From contig CAZPCY010000008.1 in the NCBI GenBank assembly GCA_964585295.1, positions 6,295 through 70,294 of the forward strand: 64,000 nucleotides of DNA. The letters are read 5' to 3'. The stretch is from an uncultured Candidatus Poseidoniales archaeon (GTDB taxonomy: Archaea > Thermoplasmatota > Poseidoniia > Poseidoniales > Thalassarchaeaceae). Shown here piece after piece: positions 19,535-29,883 of this stretch; position 1 is the first letter of the stretch, and the number at the start of each line of letters is the position of its first letter. The notes under the pieces were generated by a model that was not told the origin of the DNA, searched no databases, and was given only the letters and a program-made list of their open reading frames with translations. The position numbers were made by a program, and so were the translations under genes.

Positions 19535-22204
19535 TCAGGGAGACGGCCAATCGCTGCTATTCAGCAGGAAGGTCGCCTCTCTAGTCAACTCGTATCGATA
19601 TCGCAGACCTACCTTCTCGCGCTCCACCAGTCCGTACTTCTCCAGTGTTCTGAGATGGTGGCTGATTAGTTGCTGGCTCGCTTCCAAACGCTCAGCGAGT
19701 TCACGCTGGCTGAGGTTGATGTATTCGTTTCCGGTTTGATCGAGTAGGGTCAGGATCTTTCCCTGCAGCGAATTGGGGTCGGGTGTCAGGAGCGGCACCG
19801 GGAGGTCGTCTTCATCCATCTTCCTGACCGTGGCAGGATAGAACCGGACCAACCTACCATCCCGTCGCCGCCAGAGCTTCTCTTCTGCTTCCAGTACCTT
19901 CAGATGGTGTGCCAATTGGCCGTTACTCATGCTCAAAGCCCCGAGGAGAGCCCGGAAGTGAGCGCCAGGGTTGGCGACTAGGAACCCGATAATCCGCCCT
20001 CTCTGAAATTCACCATCGTAGTCTCGATTCCTCCGAACCATCCCGACTAGTGCGAGTCCGAGGTTCATCGCCGGCAGACGAATCCATTCGGTGTTGACGA
20101 TTGATACCAGCAGCATCGCAATCATCGAGGTCGTCACGACAATCATGACTGCGGGCGGAGCGACGGCCACGACCGTGGCGGCGATGTTCTCGTCGGTTGA
20201 GGCGGCTTCCTGGTTAGGACTGGTTGCTGCAGGTTCTGGGGCGGTCCACTCGTCGATGACTGACACGACTTTGAGTCCGGGAGACCATACCGCACATGCA
20301 TCACCGGCAACGAACGATGCGTCGGCCACTCGATACGCTCCCTGCAGACGTGGTGATGGTGACCAGCCGGTGACGGTGCTTGCCAGAAGTGCTCGCTCAT
20401 CACCCGCAACGGTTCGCAATAGCCAGCAGCCGCCCTGATCGGTTCGGACATGGATCCATTCGCCTTCTAACACGACCGGATTCGGTGCGTTGATGACCGG
20501 TTCATCGACCACTATGATTACTTGTTCTTCTTCCTCTTCGACGACCGGTTCCTGAGCAATCCCATCGTATGCGTGAATGAGCGCCGTAGTCAGGCTCGGA
20601 TGCGACTGCGTTCTCGCTTCGATTAGGTATGTAGAGGTGGGGAGAGCGACACCATCGATTGCGAATGCGTGCTCGAATGGGCCCAATAGCATCGACTCAC
20701 CGCTCAGCAGCGTCGTCGAATCGCCTGCAATCCCATCACAATCTTCCTCTGAAACGGTGGCTGATTCGCCATCGACGGTGGAGAGGTGGAAGGATATGCG
20801 ACAGTCGGATGGCCATTGAATCACGAGTGGCTCGGCATCGAGATGCAGGAGTCTCAAACCGAACAGCACGCTCTCGTTGTCGCCATCCGGGTCGATGACA
20901 TCTATTTCGACCACTTCGAAAAGGGTCTGTTCAAGAGACTGCGCCTCCAACCGACAGAGGCGTTCTGCGTCGCTGTCCTCAACTTCGAATTCGATAATCT
21001 CGTACAGGTCGATCCCAGGACTCCTGACTATCGCCAAATGGTCGCCGCCGGCCCATCCGCAGCCGTCGAAGCCGCTCGTCTCTAGCGTGATGCGGGCCAG
21101 CCTCAAGGATTCGTCCGGCTGAATCTTGTGCTCCATCAAAGCCGGCACGCAGTTGGTTGCGCCCTCTTCGTCGTACGGCAGGCCACCATCAGCTGAGACG
21201 ATGTGGAGTCTCACCCAGCAGTCGTCCTCAAAGGATGCGACTCGCGCGATGTCGTCGTCGTTGTGCAGATCGACGACTAGCGTAAGTTCCTCACCACTCG
21301 CCACAGCACTGTTTCCATTATCTCGGGCGACCGAGAGCCGAAGACCTTCAACTCGCTGATCGCTCTCCACTGCCTCGTGAATCCATTCCACGCTCCAAGC
21401 ATCGCCGGCGGCGCCAGCGGGCCAAGCCGATATGGTGTACGACCCATCAGCGAGCCCAAGGTCCGATGGGCTCCAGGTCATCCATCCGAGATCGATGGAC
21501 GCACCGGGACTTATTTTCTCGCCACCACCACATCCGATGTTCGAGATGCTAGCGATTGAGAGGCTCTGGACGATGCGACACGCATCGTCGAATGGAACCT
21601 CAATTTCCTCTGAACCGTGGTTCGAGAGCGTCGCTCGGGCGACAACCGGCTCGCCTGGTTCACTGGTCATCCGGCCACCGGGCATGGGTGGCATAAGCAA
21701 TTCAAAGGCGAGATCGTCCGGCATCGCAGTTTCTCGATGGTAGGTCACTTCGAAAGTCTCGGCCTCGATTTCGTCACCGGAATCAATCGCGATGAGGAGA
21801 TCGCCGGACGGCACCGTTGCCGTCCACGACCAATCGAGGGTTGAGATATGCTGCTCTCCTCCGGCCGGCACATCGATTGCACGCCATTGGCCGGCGCAGT
21901 TGCGCTCGTCGTCAAGGTCGTGGACAATCGCTCCGGTGGAATTAGTGATAATCATCGTGAATGGACATGATGGGTTGTGTTCGAATGCGTGGTCATTGTC
22001 TCCCTCATTGTAGACCGAGACGGATATCGTGAGGTCATTCGCATCGCTGTAGTGGAGGCCGTTGGCAGGAGCGGATATCGCGACGATTAGCGACAGTTCA
22101 GATTCGGAATGATTGCTAGCAGAGGCACCGGCAGCGCCACTCGCTGAGAGCATCAGCACCATGGCTAGGATTGCGAGGCCCGGTCCGCGCTGCCGCAGTG
22201 CCAT
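19535..22204 (-). CDS. Membrane-spanning regulator: signal peptide, four Cys-containing Ig/BsuPI-like repeats, TM helix, tandem winged-HTH
   Basis: Hydrophobic signal, repeated hxhxN...C...C...PG/E modules, TM (VMIVVTTSMIAMLLVSIV), then NPGAHFRALL..NGQLAHHL and SQRELAERLEASQQLISHHL. Start inferred. Confidence 0.75.
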   Translation of the reverse strand: MALRQRGPGLAILAMVLMLSASGAAGASASNHSESELSLIVAISAPANGLHYSDANDLTISVSVYNEGDNDHAFEHNPSCPFTMIITNSTGAIVHDLDDERNCAGQWRAIDVPAGGEQHISTLDWSWTATVPSGDLLIAIDSGDEIEAETFEVTYHRETAMPDDLAFELLMPPMPGGRMTSEPGEPVVARATLSNHGSEEIEVPFDDACRIVQSLSIASISNIGCGGGEKISPGASIDLGWMTWSPSDLGLADGSYTISAWPAGAAGDAWSVEWIHEAVESDQRVEGLRLSVARDNGNSAVASGEELTLVVDLHNDDDIARVASFEDDCWVRLHIVSADGGLPYDEEGATNCVPALMEHKIQPDESLRLARITLETSGFDGCGWAGGDHLAIVRSPGIDLYEIIEFEVEDSDAERLCRLEAQSLEQTLFEVVEIDVIDPDGDNESVLFGLRLLHLDAEPLVIQWPSDCRISFHLSTVDGESATVSEEDCDGIAGDSTTLLSGESMLLGPFEHAFAIDGVALPTSTYLIEARTQSHPSLTTALIHAYDGIAQEPVVEEEEEQVIIVVDEPVINAPNPVVLEGEWIHVRTDQGGCWLLRTVAGDERALLASTVTGWSPSPRLQGAYRVADASFVAGDACAVWSPGLKVVSVIDEWTAPEPAATSPNQEAASTDENIAATVVAVAPPAVMIVVTTSMIAMLLVSIVNTEWIRLPAMNLGLALVGMVRRNRDYDGEFQRGRIIGFLVANPGAHFRALLGALSMSNGQLAHHLKVLEAEEKLWRRRDGRLVRFYPATVRKMDEDDLPVPLLTPDPNSLQGKILTLLDQTGNEYINLSQRELAERLEASQQLISHHLRTLEKYGLVEREKVGLRYRYELTREATFLLNSSDWPSP

Positions 22205-22369
22205 GACCAGCGCTCGACCTCGACCCATATCAAACAGTCCCTTCAGGCCAGCATCCGAAGGATGCGGCCTGTGCCCGCGCCTCGCGCGAGCGAGAGATGT
22301 GGGCCAAGTCACCATCCGGCACCTCAACTGGTCGTCATCGCTATTCGATGTCTCATCCTCAGCCGCACC

Positions 22370-23125
22370 ATGCCCCTCGCACGCGGCGAGTTCGACCGAC
22401 GATCAGGGGATGATGGCATCGAGACATGGGTCACCCAGATGGGTCCGTACGAGAACATGAACATCGCCTTCATCGATCGAACGAACGACATCGTCGTCCT
22501 CGTCGATCCCTTCGATGGGAAGGGATGGTTGAGGGAACTTGCCGCTTCGGATCTTTCACCAACACACATCCTGCTAACTCACACCCACCGTGACCACACC
22601 GCTGGAGTGGCCGCCATCCGTCGAGTCCATCCTAAAGTCGAGGTATTGGGGCACGAGGAGTCCGTCGCGCCGACCCTGCTCGCTAGAATCATCTTCCGGA
22701 GGACGGATTTCACCAAGGTCTGGGACCATCCACCCGACGCGATGGTCGAGTGGCGCAAGGGTGGCATCTCGCTACAAGTCACGCATTCGCCCGGACATGC
22801 CCCCGGACATGTCACCTACCATGGCCACGGTGTCTATGTCGCTGGGGATCTTCTGTTCACGATGCGATCGGGCAGGGTCGATCTTCCCGGCTCTGACCCG
22901 ACAGCGCAATGGCGCAGTCTCAATCACGCGAAGGATATTCTTGCCTCACTGCCACAGGATTGGCGGCTGGTTCCTGGCCATCGATACGAGTGGATCGATG
23001 GCACAACTCCCGATTGGGTGTCAATCGGCGAGGCCTTAGCCCACAACCGCTCTCTGAATGCAGCGAGCCGAGATCGATTCGATGACCTTCCCTACAACCG
23101 ATTCGACGATGAATTGGCCGCTTGA
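22370..23125 (+). CDS. Metallo-beta-lactamase-fold hydrolase (glyoxalase II-like)
   Basis: THTHRDH, PGHAPGH, GDLLF, PGH motifs. Confidence 0.9.
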   Translation: MPLARGEFDRRSGDDGIETWVTQMGPYENMNIAFIDRTNDIVVLVDPFDGKGWLRELAASDLSPTHILLTHTHRDHTAGVAAIRRVHPKVEVLGHEESVAPTLLARIIFRRTDFTKVWDHPPDAMVEWRKGGISLQVTHSPGHAPGHVTYHGHGVYVAGDLLFTMRSGRVDLPGSDPTAQWRSLNHAKDILASLPQDWRLVPGHRYEWIDGTTPDWVSIGEALAHNRSLNAASRDRFDDLPYNRFDDELAA

Positions 23126-23213
23126 AACAGATTATCGAATCGACTTCGCAACCATGCATGCGCCACGCTTCCGGCTGAAGTGGGTGGTCAGCCGCAGTGG
23201 CGGAAGCAATCAC

Positions 23214-26200
23214 TCAGTCATCGAAGTCGCCCATGGTTGGGACGGAAGCGAGCGCCGCGGCCTCCTCCTGTTCTTTATGGACTTGCCATTGTGCCTTCTC
23301 GACCCATCCTAGTTCACGCGCCTTCTCGTAATCTCCTTGGGACGCGTAGTGTTCAGCCCAGAGCTGCCGCCGATCCTCCTCGTCGGCGAATGCGGCCTCT
23401 TGCTCGTCGAAGACACGCTTCTCGGAGATTAATCGCCGCTTCGCCATCTGCCTCGAAATCATCGCTACGAGGATCATCGACAACAGCAGCATGACTACGA
23501 GACCGATGGCGATTCCAGCGAACACCGCAACATCCCGCGTAGACAGCGCTTCGTCCTCCAATGATTGCTCGACCGCACAAGGCGTGCCGATCTCCCATAC
23601 CTCTGGATCCTTGGGGCAGGGATCGCTCTGGTCTGACATCCCATCACCGTCTTGGTCTGGACAGCCGAGGCGATCACGCCACGACTTACCGTGGTTCGAC
23701 TTACAGTCGTCGGGCTCAAATGCATCTCTAGTCGAGTTGTCGCCATAGCCATCGCCGTCGCTGTCCTTCCATTGCGTCGGCTGGTGCGGGAAAGCGTCGG
23801 ATGAGAATCCCTCGGGGTTGTCACCGTGACCATCGCCGTCGACATCCGACCATTGCGTATCGTCGTCAGGGAACGCGTCTCCGTTCTCAAGTCGCGCATC
23901 GAAGTAGGTGCCATTGGATCCGTTCACCTCCATGATCGTCATCGTGAATGAGTAGTTGTCGCCGATGAGGTCCCCGTCCTCATCCATCCACTGGGTACCA
24001 TCGTCGGGGAATGCATCGATTGAGTCGGCCCAACCATCGTGGTCTCCATCCCGGCATCCGTACACATTGCCCATGTACGATTCTCCCCAATCGTCGGGAC
24101 AGTCGTCCATCCAGGTTCCCGGCTGATCCGCATATGCGTCCCCATCGCGGTTGGTCTGGTTGAATGCGTCATCTGGATACTCATCTTGCGGGTCTGGGAC
24201 CCCATCACTGTCGCTATCCGGGCATCCTCTAGCCTCCGGGGACGTGACATCTCCCCAGTTGAGTGGGCAGACGTCCGGGTTGGTCGCATATTGCACGTAG
24301 ATGCCCGGCCAAGAGGCGTTGCGCCAGTCAGACCACGATTCATTGGCGTAATTGTCGCCATAGCCATCACCATCGCTGTCTTTCCACTGGCTCGGGTCGT
24401 CAGGGAACCAATCACCGTTCGGACCGATCGCCGAATCGCCGTATCCGTCACCGTCACGATCGGTGCATTGCGTTCCATCCTCGGGGAATAGGTCTGCGCC
24501 GTTGCCTGAGGCGTTGTCGCCGCATTGATCACCATCGCGATCGCTCCATTGCGTCGGATCGTTCGGAAATGCCTCACCGTTGTTAGCATAGCCGTCGCCG
24601 TCGTTGTCCGGGCAACCGAACCATTCGATCGTATCGTATTGCTCACTGGTTTCGTTCCAGACAATCTTCCATTCGCTGTCGCCGGCGCTCGCCACGCATC
24701 TGTCAGGAGTCACCCCACTCGAATTATCGCCGTAACTGTCGCCGTCCTGATCGTGCCATTGGCTCGGTTCGGTGGTGAAGGCATCGGCGTCACCATCCGG
24801 AGAGGCTGCACCGGAAGCATCGGGGTCGGACCAACCGTCACCATCAGAATCGGGACAGCCGAGTCGATCCCAAATCGACCTTCCAGCATTCAAGGGACAT
24901 CCATCAGAGCGGTCGGTGAACGGCTCGTCACCTATCCAGTCGCCGTCGGTATCGTTCCACTGGTTAGAATCTACGGGGAATATATCAACGGCGGCAATCT
25001 GACTGGGGTTCATGTCTTGGATGAGGATTCCCGGCCATTCGGTAGGTCGGACCCCGTAGCTAGACCCGTGGCTGGCGTCATTGTAGTTGTCCCCATAGCC
25101 GTCGAGGTCGTAGTCATTCCACTGGGTTGGGTTGGAGGGAAAGCGATCGACGGTGCCGATTGGATTGGGGTCTCGGGGGTCATCTGTGTTGTCGGGATGG
25201 CCGTCGGAATCAGCATCAGCCCACTGGTATCCATCGTTTGGGTAGAGATCATTGTCATCCGACCAGCCATCGCCATCGGAGTCGGGGCACCCGAAGCGAT
25301 CCTGAGTCGAGTATCCGGTAATGGCTGGACAGGCGTCAGGTAGAATTCCGCTCGGGTTGTCGCCGTATCCATCGCCGTCCTGATCTGCCCATTGGGTGCC
25401 ATCCTCAGGGAACGCATCGTCGGTGTTCGGCACCCCATCGCCATCGATGTCTGGATCCATCCGCCACCAAATAGCGCGTTCCGAGTAGCCGCTGTGAGCG
25501 CTGACGATCCACTGCCCATCAGGGGACCAATCGAGCCCCCGTGTGACCGTGCAGGAGTTTTGACTACCACTGTTCTGACATGGGGCTTGCAGCCTCTCAA
25601 TCTCGTTGCCGGTCTGGGTGTCATAGAGGATGATCTTTCCACCGTAGGTCTGGTACCAGTACCATCCTACAGCTAGGACGCGACCATCCGGGCTGAATTC
25701 GACCGATTCGCAAGAGGAGGTGCCAGTGTCGTCCCATACCTGACTACCTGTGGTCGCGTTGAAGACATGCACACTGTTGCCGCCGCTGCCCTGCGAATAA
25801 GCATCACAGGCGGCGATGTAATTTCCATCTGGGCTCCAGTCCATTGAGTAGATTCTGGGTGCGCTGTTACCTGTGTGTAGTGTAATGGTCGTCGTCGCAG
25901 TCCATGATCCTCCTACTGAGTAGGTGAATACCTGCCCACGGCCGCTGAAGGCGAGCCTGCGTCCATCCGGCGACCAGCCGACGCTCTCGTATTCGTCCGA
26001 GACGGTGCTCGGGTCGAACGAACGAAGTTCGGTTTCCGTCTCGACATCGATGACCACCACCTCACCAGTCACGCCGCTCTGGGTGCTGGCGCGGCCGACG
26101 ACATAGGCGACCATCGAACCGTTGGGGTTGAACTCGACATCGCCGGCATCGTCGTTGCCACCGGTGTCGACGTCATGGGTGAAAATGTCCGAGAGGTTGT

Positions 26201-26693
26201 TGGAGTGCATCACGTAGAGTTCGTCATCACCATCTCCTGTCGTCGCTGCGAGCATCGTACCGTCTCGACTCCAGTCGAGCGCCAGTACTTGGCTATCGGA
26301 CGATAGCTGCCTTGAGAGAACATTCACTTTGGTGGTGGCATTGTGAATCCGTACATGACCGGACTCTAGAGCGAATGCGACCCAATTGCCGTTTGGGCTG
26401 AATTCAGCATCCCTGACATCGTCGTTGCCGACCCAAGAGGTCGCGTTCTCAATGAAGCCGGAGGAATGGACGGTCACCCTGTCGGTCCAGTCTGAGATAC
26501 CATCGCCATCCGAGTCGGGACAACCCAATCGATCGACGCTGCTGTTGCCTTTGGCCCATGGGCATGCGTCGAGATTGTCATCGGTACCGTCACCGTCCTG
26601 ATCTAGTGCGGAGACGGTCGTCGAAGCGATTGGGAGGAGCATTAGGAGTGCCGCCAGCAGGATTGCTGGCCGGGGGGTACTGGTTCCTCTCAT
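23214..26693 (-). CDS. Cell-surface protein: signal peptide, WD40-like beta-propeller, long thrombospondin type-3 Ca-binding repeat stalk, C-terminal TM
   Basis: About 7 repeats of [FW]S[PR][DN]G; many D.DGDG.GDN / DAFP.D.TQW / GCPDSDGDG repeats; TM VAVFAGIAIGLVVMLLLSMILVAMI. Confidence 0.85.
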   Translation of the reverse strand: MRGTSTPRPAILLAALLMLLPIASTTVSALDQDGDGTDDNLDACPWAKGNSSVDRLGCPDSDGDGISDWTDRVTVHSSGFIENATSWVGNDDVRDAEFSPNGNWVAFALESGHVRIHNATTKVNVLSRQLSSDSQVLALDWSRDGTMLAATTGDGDDELYVMHSNNLSDIFTHDVDTGGNDDAGDVEFNPNGSMVAYVVGRASTQSGVTGEVVVIDVETETELRSFDPSTVSDEYESVGWSPDGRRLAFSGRGQVFTYSVGGSWTATTTITLHTGNSAPRIYSMDWSPDGNYIAACDAYSQGSGGNSVHVFNATTGSQVWDDTGTSSCESVEFSPDGRVLAVGWYWYQTYGGKIILYDTQTGNEIERLQAPCQNSGSQNSCTVTRGLDWSPDGQWIVSAHSGYSERAIWWRMDPDIDGDGVPNTDDAFPEDGTQWADQDGDGYGDNPSGILPDACPAITGYSTQDRFGCPDSDGDGWSDDNDLYPNDGYQWADADSDGHPDNTDDPRDPNPIGTVDRFPSNPTQWNDYDLDGYGDNYNDASHGSSYGVRPTEWPGILIQDMNPSQIAAVDIFPVDSNQWNDTDGDWIGDEPFTDRSDGCPLNAGRSIWDRLGCPDSDGDGWSDPDASGAASPDGDADAFTTEPSQWHDQDGDSYGDNSSGVTPDRCVASAGDSEWKIVWNETSEQYDTIEWFGCPDNDGDGYANNGEAFPNDPTQWSDRDGDQCGDNASGNGADLFPEDGTQCTDRDGDGYGDSAIGPNGDWFPDDPSQWKDSDGDGYGDNYANESWSDWRNASWPGIYVQYATNPDVCPLNWGDVTSPEARGCPDSDSDGVPDPQDEYPDDAFNQTNRDGDAYADQPGTWMDDCPDDWGESYMGNVYGCRDGDHDGWADSIDAFPDDGTQWMDEDGDLIGDNYSFTMTIMEVNGSNGTYFDARLENGDAFPDDDTQWSDVDGDGHGDNPEGFSSDAFPHQPTQWKDSDGDGYGDNSTRDAFEPDDCKSNHGKSWRDRLGCPDQDGDGMSDQSDPCPKDPEVWEIGTPCAVEQSLEDEALSTRDVAVFAGIAIGLVVMLLLSMILVAMISRQMAKRRLISEKRVFDEQEAAFADEEDRRQLWAEHYASQGDYEKARELGWVEKAQWQVHKEQEEAAALASVPTMGDFDD

Positions 26694-26908
26694 CAGAATC
26701 CCGCGTAGCATTGCTGGAAAAGGCCTTGCGGTCCCCCTGCATCACGCGCGCGAGGCGCCTGCACACTCCAAATCACCTGTTCGTTGGCTCCGTGAACGAG
26801 GTGTTGGAACCCTACTCACGATGGGCTGTTTTCCATCCAGTTGAGGGTAGCTTGCGCAAAGGTCGGGGTGCCGAACCCTTCAATGGAAGCGACCCCGGAC
26901 CTATCCAC

Positions 26909-28495
26909 ATGGTCGCACCAATCGACCGGGTCCATGTCCCGGTCGAAGACCGAATCATGTTGCACCTGCATGAGCAGGACCATCAGTCCGATCTCTACAT
27001 GGTCGATGCTTCAGTCACCAGACCCGGAATCGCAGAGGCTTGTGCTCTACACCCTCCCAACGTGAGTCGTTCGATGCGGACCCTGATACGTAAGGGGCAT
27101 GTGATTGGGCACACCCGCTCCGTCCGCGGCGAGAGTCGACGACAGAAGACCTGGCAGTTGACCGACGAGGGAAGAGAGGCTTTCAAATCCCGTCTAGAGC
27201 GGTTGCGATCGGCCAAGGTACTGCTAAGGGATCCGGAGGGAGAATTGATCACCGTGCCCGCTGGTGAGGCTGCAGATCGTCTCGACGCGCGTCTCAGCCT
27301 ACTGCAGATTCTCATGCACTCGCAGCACGAGGGCGTCCTCACCTACGGCGACATCCGGTTCGGTGCCATCGAACGCGCCGGCGACGATGGCGACCCAGCT
27401 CCCGGATCTCTCTCCCTTCTCGCCGGTGCCCACTCCACGTATCATGTCCGGCCACCGAGCACCCGAACCGTGCACGGTCGCGCAAGCGAGCGAGCCTCCA
27501 TCGAAGAGTGGTACAATGCCAATGTGCCGACCCTAGTAATCACCGGAATCGCCGGCACCGGCAAGACAACCCTCGTCTCTGACTGGCTCAATGCGAGGAT
27601 CGATGCACAGCCATCACTCCGAGTGATGTACTATCCCTGCCAGCCTTGGGATTCACCGCTTGGCATAGCTACCAGTCTTTTGCATCGCCTCGGCATCGAG
27701 TCGAAGGGCAAGGACTCTTGGGATCCGCACGGTTTGTTGTCCGCTCTGCCATTGAAGCCCGGCGCACCTTTCGATGTTGACCTCTTCCGACGCAGGCTGA
27801 CCGCCTACCTGACCGATCCGATGTCGCTGCGAGAGCGCGTGTTCGAGGATCATGAGGAGGCGAGTGACCAACCGCCGTACATCCTGCTGGTTTTGGATGA
27901 CGTCCATCACATCGGTGAAGAGGCGAGCCATCTGCTAGGGGCACTCCTACAAGTCGCCGAGGTTTCTCCTCTGCGGCTGCTGCTGGTATCGAGAATGACC
28001 CTCGGATTCTACGATCGACGCGATGTCCACACGCGCAGCAGAGTCGAGGAGATGTCGCTCGCCGGTCTCTCCGTCGAGGAAATCTCCGACTGGTTGGATT
28101 CCTTCGATGCACCTTCACCACCACCTGCCGACGAGGTGCACGCGGCTACGGGCGGTCATCCACTTGCCTTGGAACTCCTCGAACTCTACGGCCGCGTAAT
28201 CCACGATGACTGGCTTCGGTTCCTCGACGAGGAAATCCTCGCGGTCCTTCCCGAGGATCTTCGCGAGATCCTCGCCACTCTGGCAGTCGCGGAACGACCG
28301 ATTCCATGGTCGATGCTAGCCGAGGCGAGCGGCGTCGAGGGAACACCGCCTGCCGCTCTGATAGAGCGCGGTCTTCTGATCGAGATGGATGATGGGCTAT
28401 GGCTCCATGAGGCGATTAAGGAGCGGCTGCTGCGTGAGGTCGGACAAGTGAGTGACGAGCGCCGGGAGAGGCTCGACGCGGCGACCGATGCTTGA
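26909..28495 (+). CDS. Winged-HTH + STAND-class P-loop NTPase lacking a C-terminal sensor
   Basis: N-terminal wHTH (TRPGIAEAC..NVSRSMRTL...WQLTDEG); Walker A GIAGTGKTT, Walker B LLVLDDVH, LLVSR, GGHPLAL, LHEAI. Start inferred at 26909. Confidence 0.8.
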   Translation: MVAPIDRVHVPVEDRIMLHLHEQDHQSDLYMVDASVTRPGIAEACALHPPNVSRSMRTLIRKGHVIGHTRSVRGESRRQKTWQLTDEGREAFKSRLERLRSAKVLLRDPEGELITVPAGEAADRLDARLSLLQILMHSQHEGVLTYGDIRFGAIERAGDDGDPAPGSLSLLAGAHSTYHVRPPSTRTVHGRASERASIEEWYNANVPTLVITGIAGTGKTTLVSDWLNARIDAQPSLRVMYYPCQPWDSPLGIATSLLHRLGIESKGKDSWDPHGLLSALPLKPGAPFDVDLFRRRLTAYLTDPMSLRERVFEDHEEASDQPPYILLVLDDVHHIGEEASHLLGALLQVAEVSPLRLLLVSRMTLGFYDRRDVHTRSRVEEMSLAGLSVEEISDWLDSFDAPSPPPADEVHAATGGHPLALELLELYGRVIHDDWLRFLDEEILAVLPEDLREILATLAVAERPIPWSMLAEASGVEGTPPAALIERGLLIEMDDGLWLHEAIKERLLREVGQVSDERRERLDAATDA

Positions 28496-28605
28496 CCTCC
28501 CATCTCTGGGTCCACATCGAGCCTTTCCGCTCACAACTCGCCTCAATCTCGATGGGAATCGGAATTCTCGGATGTTCTGGCAAGAAGCCCAATCGGAATC
28601 GCGGA

Positions 28606-28920
28606 TTACATGTGTCGGTCGAGCCAGGCGTCGAAGCCGCCCTTCTGCATTGCACCGGTGACTTCATCGATCTTCTCGCCATCTTTGAACAGCAACAGCG
28701 TCGGAATTCCGCGCACTCCGTAGCGGCCGGGGACGATTGGGTTGTTGTCGACATTCACCTTGGCTATGGTCATCTCTCGCTCGCCGGCGATTAGCTCAAG
28801 AATCGGGGAGACCATTCGGCATGGTCCACACCACGGCGCCCAGAAGTCAACGAGGACCCATTCATCCGCCTTCACGACCGTGTCGAAGTCCGCGTCTCCC
28901 GCCTCGATGATGCTGCCCAT
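28606..28920 (-). CDS. trxA: Thioredoxin
   Basis: VDFWAPWCGPC, GIPTLLLFKDG. Confidence 0.97.
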   Translation of the reverse strand: MGSIIEAGDADFDTVVKADEWVLVDFWAPWCGPCRMVSPILELIAGEREMTIAKVNVDNNPIVPGRYGVRGIPTLLLFKDGEKIDEVTGAMQKGGFDAWLDRHM

Positions 28921-29167
28921 TCCTGTCCCCTCCCAACCTCGACCATGGTGGTCCTATCAACATATGCAGCGGCCCTCGTCGGTCGTAGGCTCCGAACCGC
29001 CATCGAACCCCCTTCTGATTACTGGACGCGACCTCTCTCTGATAGCGGTCCACGAATCCGATGAAATTCTACGGGTTGTGTAGCCGAACCGCTCGGCCAA
29101 CTCGGACCACACCGATCGGAGAGAGATGGAGAAGCAACACCCATGAACCGACTCCGGCCAGCCCCCT

Positions 29168-29857
29168 TTGAGCGCAATGATTGTCACGCCTAGCATCCTG
29201 ACCTCAGACTTCTGTCGGCTCGGTGAGACCATCGACGAAGCGATTGAAGCCGGAATCGATTGGATCCATCTCGATGTGATGGATGGCAACTGGGTCGTCA
29301 ATCGTACAATCACCTTCGGTCCGGCTGTCGTGCGGAGCATCCGCGACCGCGTCGGCCCCGATGTCTTCCTCGACTGTCACCTGATGGTCACGAACGCCGA
29401 GGAGATCTGGGAGCAGTATGTCGAGGCCGGTGTTAATCTGGTGATTGCCCACATCGAGGCGGTCAATGACATGCCGGCTCTGATCGAAGCGCTGCACGGT
29501 GCCGGAGTGCAGGCTGGTGCGGTGTTGAATCCGGACACTCCGACCGAATCGCTGCTACCGCTGCTACCAGATCTTGACCTCGTGCTTGTCATGTCCGTGG
29601 TGCCAGGGAAGGGCGGCCAGTCGTTCATGCCCGTGGTCGAGGGGAAGGTCCGCTCATTCCGCGCCGCCATCGATGCGCAGATTACCGCCGGGGGCCGAGC
29701 TACTAGGCTGATGATCGACGGCGGCATCAAGGCGCACAACTCGGCGTTGGTCCGCGACTGGGGCGTCGAGGTCGCCGTCGTGGGATCAGGACTGATCAAC
29801 GACTCTGGCTCCATCGCGGACAACCTCGCGGAGATTACCGCCGCCCTCGCCGCCTGA
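29168..29857 (+). CDS. rpe: Ribulose-phosphate 3-epimerase
   Basis: PSIL..DF, HLDVMDG, DCHLM, LNPDTP, LVMSVVPGKGGQSF, IDGGI. Confidence 0.95.
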   Translation: MSAMIVTPSILTSDFCRLGETIDEAIEAGIDWIHLDVMDGNWVVNRTITFGPAVVRSIRDRVGPDVFLDCHLMVTNAEEIWEQYVEAGVNLVIAHIEAVNDMPALIEALHGAGVQAGAVLNPDTPTESLLPLLPDLDLVLVMSVVPGKGGQSFMPVVEGKVRSFRAAIDAQITAGGRATRLMIDGGIKAHNSALVRDWGVEVAVVGSGLINDSGSIADNLAEITAALAA

Positions 29858-29883
29858 TTATCTCCGAATAGATTGATTCACTG

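Noticed and set aside
23600-25460. Recurrent ccatcgccgtc-like DNA repeats considered as a CRISPR array
   Set aside because: Degenerate and in frame; they encode DxDGDG TSP3 repeats, with no constant repeat/spacer structure and no cas genes.
26558-26908. 117-aa N-terminal extension of the STAND ORF
   Set aside because: Overlaps the start of the divergent WD40 gene; the wHTH begins after ATG 26909.
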